Below, piece by piece: positions 10,552 to 18,651 of a stretch of 64,000 bases of DNA. The stretch comes from an uncultured Verrucomicrobiae bacterium (lineage in GTDB: Bacteria; Verrucomicrobiota; Verrucomicrobiia; Chthoniobacterales; JAFAMB01): the NCBI GenBank assembly GCA_963762565.1, contig CAVXLD010000001.1, positions 96,001 through 160,000 of the forward strand. The letters are read 5' to 3'. Position 1 is the stretch's first letter, and each line of letters begins with the position of its first letter. The position numbers and the translations under genes are program-made. The notes below the pieces were generated by a model that saw only the letters and a list, made by a program, of their open reading frames with translations, was not told the DNA's origin and made no database searches.

Positions 10552-11061
10552 AGGAGCTAGGAGCTAGAATCTAGGAGCTAGAAGTTCGCTTCGGGGTTTT
10601 TGGATAGTGCAATCGAGGGACAGATTTCGTGCCGTCATTTAACATTCGTTGTGTAAGATTCGCGCTCATTTTGATGTCTCCTAGATCCTAGATTCTAGCT
10701 TCTAGCTTCTAGCTCTCTAGCTCCTAGCTCCTAGCTTCTAGCTCCTACAGCGACCAACAGCCGATAGCCAACGGGTAGGAGCCAGGTCTGCGCGCACGAG
10801 TGGAACTTCGATTGGCTGGGATGAACGACGTTCCCGCTCCATACGCTTTCCGGTTAAGGTTCATGCTGGATCTCCTATGCCTTTTTCCCTTGGCTACCGG
10901 CTGTTAGTCACTGGGAGTTGCCACAGCAAGGTAACGGGGATTCTTTCACAACAAGGCCACAAAGGCGCCAAGACTGAACAGGTTCAAAAAAAGGCTTTTT
11001 TCGAAATCCACTATCTGTCTCAGTCGTTTTGTCTCTGCGGCCTTTGCGACCTTGCTGTGAA
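10552..11061. repeat. Three adjacent inverted-repeat elements of different families
   Basis: GGAGCTA pair 10552-10584 / ~10678-10747 (right arm expanded); CAGCGACCAACAGCCGATAGCCAA pair 10748-10775 / 10887-10913; TTCACAACAAGG pair ~10945-10965 / 11041-11061. Confidence 0.8.
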
Positions 11062-11220
11062 CTATTCTGTCTCCTTGTTGCGTTCTAAAAATTCACTGAT
11101 CATGATCAGCACACAAAGTTCGCGAAGCTGGGTCCGCTCTTCCGAACTGAGGCCGTCATCGTTTCCCGCCGATTCTTCCTGCCCCATGACCAATGGGTTT
11201 ATTTCATGTAATGGCTTCAT
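11062..11220 (-). CDS. Small hypothetical protein (52 aa)
   Basis: MKPLHEINPLV...NKETE, co-oriented just downstream of the ATPase; no recognisable motif. Confidence 0.3.
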   Translation of the reverse strand: MKPLHEINPLVMGQEESAGNDDGLSSEERTQLRELCVLIMISEFLERNKETE

Positions 11221-11263
11221 TATTTTATTCGGTCCTTGAGACACCCATCTTCGTGGCTGAAAT

Positions 11264-12013
11264 TCATCCACCCACAACCCGAGGGGTAGGTTCTCCTTCG
11301 TTTTCGTTGTTCTCGGCCACGATCTGACCGTCGAAGAGATGCACGGTTCGGTCCGCATAACCGGCAAATCGTGGATCATGGGTTACCATACAAATGGTAG
11401 CGCCGCCCTGATGCAATTCGGATAGCAAATCCATTACGGCGTCACCGTTTTTGCTATCCAAGTTACCCGTTGGCTCGTCGGCCAGCAGGATCGATGGTGA
11501 ACCAACCAACGCTCGGGCTACCGCCACGCGCTGTTGTTGTCCACCACTCAGCTGATTCGGATAGTGCCGTTGCCGATGGCTCATCCCGACTCGATCCAAG
11601 GATTGCAGAACCCGCTGTTTACGTTCGCTCCTGGGCATCTCGCCGCGATAGGTCAATGGTAGTTCGACGTTCTCGTATACCGTCAAGTCACCGATCAGGT
11701 TGAAACTCTGAAAAATGAATCCGATTTCCCGGTTACGGATCCTGGCTCTCTCGGACAGCTTCAGTTGTTCAACTTGCCGCCCATTCAGCCGGTAGGCCCC
11801 TTCCGAAGGCGAGTCTAGCAGACCTAGAATCGATAGGAGCGTCGATTTGCCGCAACCGCTCTGGCCGGCGATCGCCACATATTCGCCCTTCAAAATCTCG
11901 AGATAGATACCGGCTAACGCATGGGTTTCAATCTCGTCAGTAAGAAAGACTTTCTTTATCGCGTCTAGGTGGATGAGGGGTTCTGGGTTCACGTTTGGCA
12001 GTTCGCTGTTCAC
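11264..12013 (-). CDS. ABC transporter ATP-binding protein (MacB/LolD-like)
   Basis: Walker A GQSGCGKS, signature LSGGQQQRVA, ILLADEPTGNLD, VTHD. Confidence 0.97.
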   Translation of the reverse strand: MNSELPNVNPEPLIHLDAIKKVFLTDEIETHALAGIYLEILKGEYVAIAGQSGCGKSTLLSILGLLDSPSEGAYRLNGRQVEQLKLSERARIRNREIGFIFQSFNLIGDLTVYENVELPLTYRGEMPRSERKQRVLQSLDRVGMSHRQRHYPNQLSGGQQQRVAVARALVGSPSILLADEPTGNLDSKNGDAVMDLLSELHQGGATICMVTHDPRFAGYADRTVHLFDGQIVAENNENEGEPTPRVVGG

Positions 12014-12319
12014 GGTTGAGGTTGGCGGTTAGCGGTTTGCAGTTGTCGGTTAGCGGTTTCAATCGTTCTCGTCCTCGCTCTCGTAATCGTCCTCGTCCTC
12101 GATTCGCTTTGGTTTCTGTTCACGGTGGGCGTTTTAGCGTGGTAGGCACGAAATAGTAATCGGTGCTCGTGTTTCGCGCTGGGTAGCCGGTTAGCGACCG
12201 TTGAACCACTTTCACTACACATGCGTGGTAACCAAAGTTTCGGATTCATTTGAAATTTTTTCGGAGTTTTATTTTTCCGTACCAATCACCAATCACTTCT
12301 CACCTCTCACGTTCCCTCA
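12010..12319. repeat. Stacked repeat arms (CGGTTAG, CTCGTC and CACCAAT families)
   Basis: GGTTGGCGGTTAGCGGTTTGCAG ~12020-12060; TTCTCGTCCTCG..GTCCTCGTCCTCGA ~12061-12102; ACCAATCACCAATCACTTCTCAC 12281-12319 ending at the permease 5 stop. Confidence 0.7.
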
Positions 12320-14743
12320 CTCCTGCCGCAATGCGGTCACGGGATCTATATTCATCGCTCGTCGTGCAGGTAAATAATTCGCGAGTAGACCAACCGCGAT
12401 TAAAAGGAAAATCACTCCCAGGAAAGTCTCTGGATCGGTTGCTCTAACACCGTAAAGCAGGCCTTGGATCAGTTGGGTCAGGCAGACAGCCGCGAACAAA
12501 CCGATGGCAATCCCGAGCCCGATCAGCTTTCCTGCTTGAACCAAAAGCAGGAAGAACAGATCTCGCCGTTGGGCGCCGATAGCGGCGCGCACCGCGATTT
12601 CCCGGGTTCGCTGCGCGACTCCGTATGATATAACGCTGTAGATTCCCATCGCGGCCAGGATCAGCGCTACTACTGCAAAACTACCAACAAAGCAGAGGTT
12701 TAGGCTCCGATCACCTATGGATTCCGCAATCAATTGGGACCACGGTTTAACCCTGTCCAGCGGCACCATAGGATCGATCTCGGCGATCTTCTGCCGTATA
12801 GGATTAACGAGAGTTTGAGGATCGATTGAATCTGCCGCCCGAACAACCAAGACCATACCCAGTGCCAGATTTGATCCTCCAAGCCCGTAATGCGGCGCCT
12901 GGCTTACCGGATAATAGAATTCATCGCGAACCGGGGCCGTTAATCCAAAGTGATGGACGTCGCCGACAACGCCAACAATGGTCCCGGTCCAACCGCTTTC
13001 GTTATCGATCTTATTTCCAATCGCGTCTTGAGGGCTCTTCCAGAACCGAAGCGCCATCGAACGGTTGATAAGAATTCTTGGAGGAACATCCGGCCCGTCT
13101 TCTGGGCTAAAAAGGCGTCCAGCAATTAGCGGAATGCCGGCGGATCGAAAATAGTCACCATTGATCACGCGGAATTGGGCAACCGGTTCATGGCCTGGAG
13201 CAAACGCAGGTCTGCCCACAATCTGGAATCCAGTATCGGTATCTCCCCCAGTTAATGGTAACAAAGTAATTGCTCCAGCTGCGGTTACTCCGGGGATCCC
13301 AGCCATCTTTTGTTGGATCGATTGATAAAAGGACCGAACGGATTCATCCGTGGGATAGCGGGCAGGCGGCAACGAAAGCGAAGCGGTTAAGATTTTCTCA
13401 GGGTGTTGTATACCGGAATCGGTTTCCTCTACCTTAAGAAAAGAACGGAGTAGCAGGCCGGCGCAACTGAGCACAACCAGCGCGCAGCTAATCTCGGCGA
13501 TGACCAGCCCATTTCTTATCAGGGCTTGACGGATCCCACCCGCTGAGCCGCGCGAGGTCTCTCGGAGCACATGCTGCGGTCCTACTCGGTCGGCCACCGC
13601 GAGCGCCGGCACTAGTCCACAAACGGTTCCAATCAGAAGGGTAAGCACCAATGAAAACAGAAGACCAAGCGCATTCATGTGGATTTCGGATGCGCGAGCC
13701 AAATGGTCTTGGGCTAGAAATGTGAATACTCTTGTCCCCCAACCAGCTAAAATGATTCCCAGGAGCCCTCCGCTAATGCCCAGCAAGAGACTCTCCGCCA
13801 GCGACTGTCGGGCTAACCGCCAACGGCTTGCACCAAGCGAAGCTCGAATGGCGAACTCTCGCCTTCGGTTCAACGCCCGCGACAACAACAGATTCGCCAA
13901 ATTGAACGACGCGATCAGCAGCATGCAGGCAACCGCCCCTTGCAGCATCAAGAGCCCGGCACGCTGGCTGCCAACCATGTCCTCCTGCAGCGGAACCAGT
14001 CGCACGCCAAAGCCGGTATTATTCTTCTGGTCTTCGCGCGCAAGATCAGCAGCGATTTCCGACATCTGGTTCCTGGCTTGGGTGATATTCACACCCGGTT
14101 TCAGTCTTCCGTAAATCTGAAGCCAACGATTTCCCCGATCCGCGCTTTGCCCCGGATTGAATACTAGCGGTATCCAGAGTTGAACCGTTTCATCTGGAAA
14201 ATGAAACCAGCCCGGCGCAATCCCAACGACCGAATAAGTCTCCGCATTTAATTGAATGCGCTTCCCAAGAGCTGCTTCGGCAGATCCAAATAACTCCCGG
14301 CCCAGACCTTCGCCCAGAACGACAACATGCCCTTGTCCGGGGTTATCTTCATTCGGCAAAAAGCTCCGACCTAGGTGTGGGCTAACGCCCATCAAGTTAA
14401 AATAATTTGGCGAGACAGCTGCGATCGAAATTTCTTGGGCGCCTTGATTACTCTCCAGAGCAATTTTTCGCGTTCGGCAGGCCGCCATCTCATCGAAGAC
14501 AGTGTTTCGGTCCCTCCAATCCTGGAAGTCTAAAACTGAAACCTCGCTGTACGGCCAAGCCGGTTCCCAGTCAGAGTAAATGTGCACCAGTTGTTTAGGC
14601 TGAGAGACTGGAAGTGACCTGAGTAATACCGCGTCGACTATACTGAACACGGTGACATTCGCCCCAATGCCAATCCCCAGCGTCAACACCGCCATGGCTG
14701 TAAAGCCGGGGGATTTCGCTAAGAGGCGTAGGGCATGGCGCAT
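12317..14743 (-). CDS. ADOP-type ABC permease, copy 5 (most divergent, next to ATPase and MFP)
   Basis: 808 aa; KSPGFT, NLANLLL-RREFAIRASLGA, QRTREIAVRAAIGA, IDPVTALRQE. Confidence 0.95.
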   Translation of the reverse strand: MRHALRLLAKSPGFTAMAVLTLGIGIGANVTVFSIVDAVLLRSLPVSQPKQLVHIYSDWEPAWPYSEVSVLDFQDWRDRNTVFDEMAACRTRKIALESNQGAQEISIAAVSPNYFNLMGVSPHLGRSFLPNEDNPGQGHVVVLGEGLGRELFGSAEAALGKRIQLNAETYSVVGIAPGWFHFPDETVQLWIPLVFNPGQSADRGNRWLQIYGRLKPGVNITQARNQMSEIAADLAREDQKNNTGFGVRLVPLQEDMVGSQRAGLLMLQGAVACMLLIASFNLANLLLSRALNRRREFAIRASLGASRWRLARQSLAESLLLGISGGLLGIILAGWGTRVFTFLAQDHLARASEIHMNALGLLFSLVLTLLIGTVCGLVPALAVADRVGPQHVLRETSRGSAGGIRQALIRNGLVIAEISCALVVLSCAGLLLRSFLKVEETDSGIQHPEKILTASLSLPPARYPTDESVRSFYQSIQQKMAGIPGVTAAGAITLLPLTGGDTDTGFQIVGRPAFAPGHEPVAQFRVINGDYFRSAGIPLIAGRLFSPEDGPDVPPRILINRSMALRFWKSPQDAIGNKIDNESGWTGTIVGVVGDVHHFGLTAPVRDEFYYPVSQAPHYGLGGSNLALGMVLVVRAADSIDPQTLVNPIRQKIAEIDPMVPLDRVKPWSQLIAESIGDRSLNLCFVGSFAVVALILAAMGIYSVISYGVAQRTREIAVRAAIGAQRRDLFFLLLVQAGKLIGLGIAIGLFAAVCLTQLIQGLLYGVRATDPETFLGVIFLLIAVGLLANYLPARRAMNIDPVTALRQE

Positions 14744-14753
14744 GGCGGGGGAA

Positions 14754-15042
14754 GTGATTAGTGATTAGTGATTGGTGGTGCTGCGCTCACGCCGATCGGC
14801 CGTTTTTTGCGTTCTCACGAAAAAAGCAACCTCACAGACCGGCAGCGAATACACTGGAAAGGGCGAATCGATTAGTCCTCTGGAGTCGTGGCGTTTCCAA
14901 AAGCTCTCACGATGCGCGATTTGTTTATTGAAAATTTTCATTTTGTTAGCTCCATCACGCTCACCAATCACCAATCACCAATCACCAATCACCAATCACC
15001 AATCACCAATCACCAATCACCAATCACCAATCACCAATCACC
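14754..15042. repeat. TCACCAA heptamer array (11 perfect copies) with an inverted partner arm
   Basis: (TCACCAA)11 at 14961-15037 plus TCACC including the MFP stop; partner GTGATTAGTGATTAGTGATTGGTG at 14754-14777. Confidence 0.95.
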
Positions 15043-16366
15043 TCAGTTGTATGCGTTCATGACTATCAAAGGCGCTGGTATCGGACAGAATCACGTGGTC
15101 ACCCGGCGTTAGGCCATTTAGGATTACAACTTTGGTGGCGGAACCACGACCCAACTGGACCTTAGTTCTGGTGGCGGTGACACCATCTGCACTCAACCGG
15201 AACAAACCGATAGTAGAATCATCCTGGCCGAAAGCGGGTCGACCGACGTAGATGGCATCAGCTAAACGTTCGAGTTCGATGGTTCCTTCCACACTCAGGT
15301 CGGGTCTAGCTCCTTTAGGTAGTTCGATCCCGTGAAAGGTAACATCGACGAGCACGGTCCCTTCGCTCACCGCCGGATCGATTCGAGCCACCGTACCGCT
15401 GACGATACTGCCGTTGCGCATATCAACTTGCGCGGTCTGCCCGATGGCAATGTCCCGGGCTTGAGTTTCCGGGATTTTGATTTGTGCTTTCAGCTTGGTG
15501 TTGTCCGCCACTCGGGCAAGGTTGGTGCCGGCAGAAACCCGCTGCCCGACCTCGACAGCGATTTGCTGGAGGACACCGTTCATTCCGGCTCGCACCTGTA
15601 GGGCATCGACCTGTCCATGGCGTAATTCGGCTTGGGCTTCGGCCTGTTCGAGATCCGTTTGGGCAACTGCCATTCGCGGCGCCATGGATCTCTTCGCGAA
15701 TTCGTAACGCTGTTTCTGTACCTCAAAATTCGCGGATAATTCCGTGGCTGCGATCTTCGCCTTCTGAAAGTCGAGAGTCGAAATCAGGCCGCCTTTCGAC
15801 AACCGTTCATCTGCCTCAAACTCGGCCTGAGCGGTGTCGCGATCGGCCTGAGCTTTGGTCAAGTTGGCCTGTTGCTCCAGCATTTCTCCTTCTAGCTCCG
15901 CTTGTAGCTGGGTCAGTTTCGCTTGAGCGCTCTTGGCTGCGGCATCCGCGTCCCTCGCTTCTTGCTCTAACTCGGCGCTGCTCAACTTCAATATCACGGA
16001 ATCCGCGGTTACTTCTGTTCCCGGCCAGATCACGATTTGCTCGACTCGGGCGTCGGTTCGGGCAGGGATCCAACGGACGTCTTCGGGAACTAGCGTTCCG
16101 ATTCCACGCACGTCGCGAATCAGCGGTCCGCGCGACACGGTATCAATCCAGACCGAGCTTCGGTCTACCGAGGGCAGAGCCGGTTCAAGCCGGGCAACAA
16201 AAATACTAACTCCGGTCACCACCGCTGCCGCCAGCAAAAGCAGCAACACATTTCTGCGCCATTTCTTTTGGCGGTAACCGATTCGCGGAATGTCCATCCG
16301 AGAACCGTCCGCCGGGACAGAGAAAACTGGTTCTACTTTCTTTTTTGGCAGCACGCTGAGCGTCAC
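15038..16366 (-). CDS. Efflux membrane-fusion protein (HlyD/MacA-like periplasmic adaptor)
   Basis: N-terminal TM, VRGIGTL lipoyl half, long coiled coil, IPETQARDI, GARPDLSVEG. Confidence 0.93.
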   Translation of the reverse strand: MTLSVLPKKKVEPVFSVPADGSRMDIPRIGYRQKKWRRNVLLLLLAAAVVTGVSIFVARLEPALPSVDRSSVWIDTVSRGPLIRDVRGIGTLVPEDVRWIPARTDARVEQIVIWPGTEVTADSVILKLSSAELEQEARDADAAAKSAQAKLTQLQAELEGEMLEQQANLTKAQADRDTAQAEFEADERLSKGGLISTLDFQKAKIAATELSANFEVQKQRYEFAKRSMAPRMAVAQTDLEQAEAQAELRHGQVDALQVRAGMNGVLQQIAVEVGQRVSAGTNLARVADNTKLKAQIKIPETQARDIAIGQTAQVDMRNGSIVSGTVARIDPAVSEGTVLVDVTFHGIELPKGARPDLSVEGTIELERLADAIYVGRPAFGQDDSTIGLFRLSADGVTATRTKVQLGRGSATKVVILNGLTPGDHVILSDTSAFDSHERIQLR

Positions 16367-16368
16367 GG

Positions 16369-16611
16369 TTAAGTATTTTGGACAAAGCAGACCGGTTGGA
16401 TATTCTGTTGATCAGCGACGACTGCAGAAGCTCTCGGAGAGTAGGATTGCGCAGAAGCCGGTGTGATCTGAGACAGACTGAAGAGAATGCTGATCGCGGT
16501 GCTTGCGGCAAAGACCGCCCACACGGCGGACTCTACGAAACCAGTACTACGAACCGCTTTTTGGGATTCTCGTTGAAATTCCATGATCGAAGAGAATGGG
16601 ATGATTTTCAT
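16369..16611 (-). CDS. Small single-TM hypothetical protein (~80 aa), first gene after the sigma-54 promoter
   Basis: MKIIPFSS...VESAVWAVFAASTAISILFSLSQ; stop 2 bp before the MFP start; the track TTG start overlaps the promoter so ATG 16611 is preferred. Confidence 0.5.
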   Translation of the reverse strand: MKIIPFSSIMEFQRESQKAVRSTGFVESAVWAVFAASTAISILFSLSQITPASAQSYSPRASAVVADQQNIQPVCFVQNT

Positions 16612-16637
16612 AATAACAGCCTTCGTCCATCCCATAG

Positions 16638-16653
16638 GCATTTGCCGTGCCAA
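16638..16653 (-). promoter_or_regulatory. Sigma-54 (-24/-12) promoter
   Basis: Minus strand TTGGCACGGCAAATGC: GG-N10-GC spacing with TGGCAC core; sigma-54 activator encoded nearby. Confidence 0.8.
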
Positions 16654-16731
16654 GCCAGAAAGTCGCTATCTAAGCGGCTTTCTATGAACGACTTATAAAA
16701 AGTCGTTATTTTAGAACCCTATGGAAAACGA

Positions 16732-16764
16732 TCTCAAAATAGGATTGCGATTCTCAATTTGAGA
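16732..16764. promoter_or_regulatory. Putative tandem upstream activator sites
   Basis: TCTCA-ATT-TGAGA palindrome (16752-16764) and imperfect TCTCA-AAA-TAGGA (16732-16744), 20 bp apart and ~80-110 bp upstream of the -24 element. Confidence 0.55.
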
Positions 16765-16765
16765 C

Positions 16766-16934
16766 GGAAGGGTGAGGGCAAAAGGGCGAAGGGGCGAGGT
16801 TTAAGTGGACTCAGTGGACGGAGTGCACGAAGTGTGCCGCGCCAAACGCCAAACGCCAAACGCCAAACGCCAAACGCCAAACGCCAAACGCCAAACGCCA
16901 AACGCCTTTCACCTTTCACTCTTCACCTTGCCTT
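16766..16934. repeat. Composite element with a (CGCCAAA)9 array
   Basis: (CGCCAAA)9 at 16840-16902; AGTGGACNN 9-mers 16803-16834; GAAGGGTGAGGGC arm ~16766-16794 versus CCTTTCACCTTTCAC arm ~16904-16934 that overlaps the kinase stop. Confidence 0.85.
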
Positions 16935-18300
16935 CCGCGGCGAGCAGAGGTAGACGCAGTTCGGCAATGCAGCCGATGATTCCGTCGATGCGATTCTCGA
17001 GTGTCAGGCTGCCGCCATGGGCTTCTGCGATTTGGCGGCAGAGGACCAGGCCGATTCCGGAACCACCGGACTTGGTCGTGAAGAATGGGACGAACAAGTT
17101 TGTGGGATTAGCGATTCCGCTGCCTTCGTCGATGACCTGGACTAGCCAATCGTTTTGTGACCTGTTCCAGGCGATTTCCACGTCTCGACCTTTCTCTAAA
17201 CTGGCATCAACGGCGTTCTTCACCAGATTGATCAAGAGTTGCTCTATTTGATCGCGATCAATATTGACCACGGCTTTCTCCGTCGACGCCATTTTCACCG
17301 TGAGACGCGTCTCCAAGGCGACTACCTGGCGGACGATTGGGCCAAGCTCGACCGGACGTAAGGTCGGGGGAGGCAACCGGGCCAGCCGGGCATAGGCGGT
17401 CATAAAGCGACCTAACGCTGAGGCCCGATCCCTAATGATCCCCATCCCACCCCGTAGGTCACTTTCCCAAGAGCTTGGCCGGGCGGCCGGGGTGAGGGTG
17501 AGCAGATCGCTTAAACTCTCGGCAATCGACTGGATCGGAGCTAAAGAATTGTTAATTTCATGGCCAAGGACTCGGATCAATCTTTGCCAGGCAATCCGTT
17601 CCTCTTCGCGCAAGGCGCGGCCGAGATCGGTTAGCACTAATAGTTGATGAGGGCGACCGCCTTCGCGGAAAGTGCTACGGCGCAGACCTAAGCGAGTTCC
17701 GGATCGACCAGGAAAATCTCGATCTATGAGACGAACCGGATCTCCAACCAGACAATCATCGAGACCTAACTCAATTGCATCATGTCCGAGAGCATGTTCC
17801 TCACGGCGCATTAACAGATGGGCGCCGGCATGGTTCATCAGTCGTAGCTTTCCGTCTTCGTCGAAGGTAAAAACCGCGATTTCGACAGCGTCGATTACCG
17901 CTTTTAACAATGCGCTCGCTTCGGTGGCTTGTCGTCTTTCGACTAACAATTGGTCGCCCAACGCGTTGACTTCCCGCATGACTTCACCCAAAGAATCGGC
18001 TTGGCGAGCTGCCCGGGCGCGCAACGAATAATCACCTTCGCGGAGTGCAGCGAGTAAATTTGTCAACGTGCGGATAGGAAAAAGCACCTGTTGCCGCACA
18101 GCAGAAACGGCAGCGATCCAAATTCCGACCGCAACAACGCCGATAGTAACCCGGACTGACAAAGGCCAGGATGAATGCCAGAGCAAGAACAATGTTGCGG
18201 CCACTGCAGGCCCACCCGCAACGAAGGTAAGAACCTGGACGGAGCTTTCAAATGGTAGATTCCGCCAGCGGAGTAATGGACGTCGCGAGGAGTCGTGCAT
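16909..18300 (-). CDS. Sensor histidine kinase (NtrY-like; 2 TM, HAMP/PAS, HATPase)
   Basis: HEINNSLAP H-box, QLLINLVKNA N-box, DEGSGI, FVPFFTTK, GSGIGL. Confidence 0.95.
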   Translation of the reverse strand: MHDSSRRPLLRWRNLPFESSVQVLTFVAGGPAVAATLFLLWHSSWPLSVRVTIGVVAVGIWIAAVSAVRQQVLFPIRTLTNLLAALREGDYSLRARAARQADSLGEVMREVNALGDQLLVERRQATEASALLKAVIDAVEIAVFTFDEDGKLRLMNHAGAHLLMRREEHALGHDAIELGLDDCLVGDPVRLIDRDFPGRSGTRLGLRRSTFREGGRPHQLLVLTDLGRALREEERIAWQRLIRVLGHEINNSLAPIQSIAESLSDLLTLTPAARPSSWESDLRGGMGIIRDRASALGRFMTAYARLARLPPPTLRPVELGPIVRQVVALETRLTVKMASTEKAVVNIDRDQIEQLLINLVKNAVDASLEKGRDVEIAWNRSQNDWLVQVIDEGSGIANPTNLFVPFFTTKSGGSGIGLVLCRQIAEAHGGSLTLENRIDGIIGCIAELRLPLLAAEGKVKSER

Positions 18301-18311
18301 TTAGAAGAGGT

Positions 18312-18651
18312 AATTTCACGCCAAGACGCAAAGACGCAAAGGTGATTCGTGATTCGTGATTAGTGATTAGTGATTGGTGATTGGTGGAGGCACTTGGTGG
18401 GGCGAGGCTCCCGAAAGAGTAAGAAGTTCTATCAGAGCTCCCGATGTTTCGCCGCTAAAGAGTTTGTTAGGCCTATTGACGCGCCGAGCCGGGGCCCAGC
18501 GATAGACCACGGCTCGGCGCCCTTAACGGCCTAGCATCGCGGGTCGGCGGGGTTAACCGCAAGGGCTTCGCTATCGCGATGGACCTTTCGGGAGCCTCGC
18601 CCCACCAATCACTTCTCACCAATCACCGATCACGTCTCGCCCTACCAATCA
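18312..18651. repeat. Nested element: GTGATTR arms around a GGGCGAGGCTCCCG-family REP-like unit
   Basis: GTGATT[CAG] run 18342-18387 and CACCAAT run ~18603-18651 (includes regulator stop); inner 24-bp IR 18394-18417 / 18585-18608; internal hairpin 18481-18520. Confidence 0.88.

Noticed and set aside
2799..10747. CRISPR array interpretation of the recurring GGAGCTA repeats
   Set aside because: Repeats are inverted pairs separated by 2.4-kb genes, not direct repeats with short spacers; no cas genes in the window
2799..10747. Integron attC sites between permeases
   Set aside because: No consistent RYYYAAC/GTTRRRY ends and no integrase seen; the same arms occur beside housekeeping genes
14772..15112. 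ORFs with ITNHQSP repeats
   Set aside because: Translation artefacts of the TCACCAA array
16734..17251. ORFs with RQTPNAK or LAFGVWR repeats (also 60483-61274)
   Set aside because: Artefacts of the CGCCAAA/GGCGTTT arrays overlapping real genes
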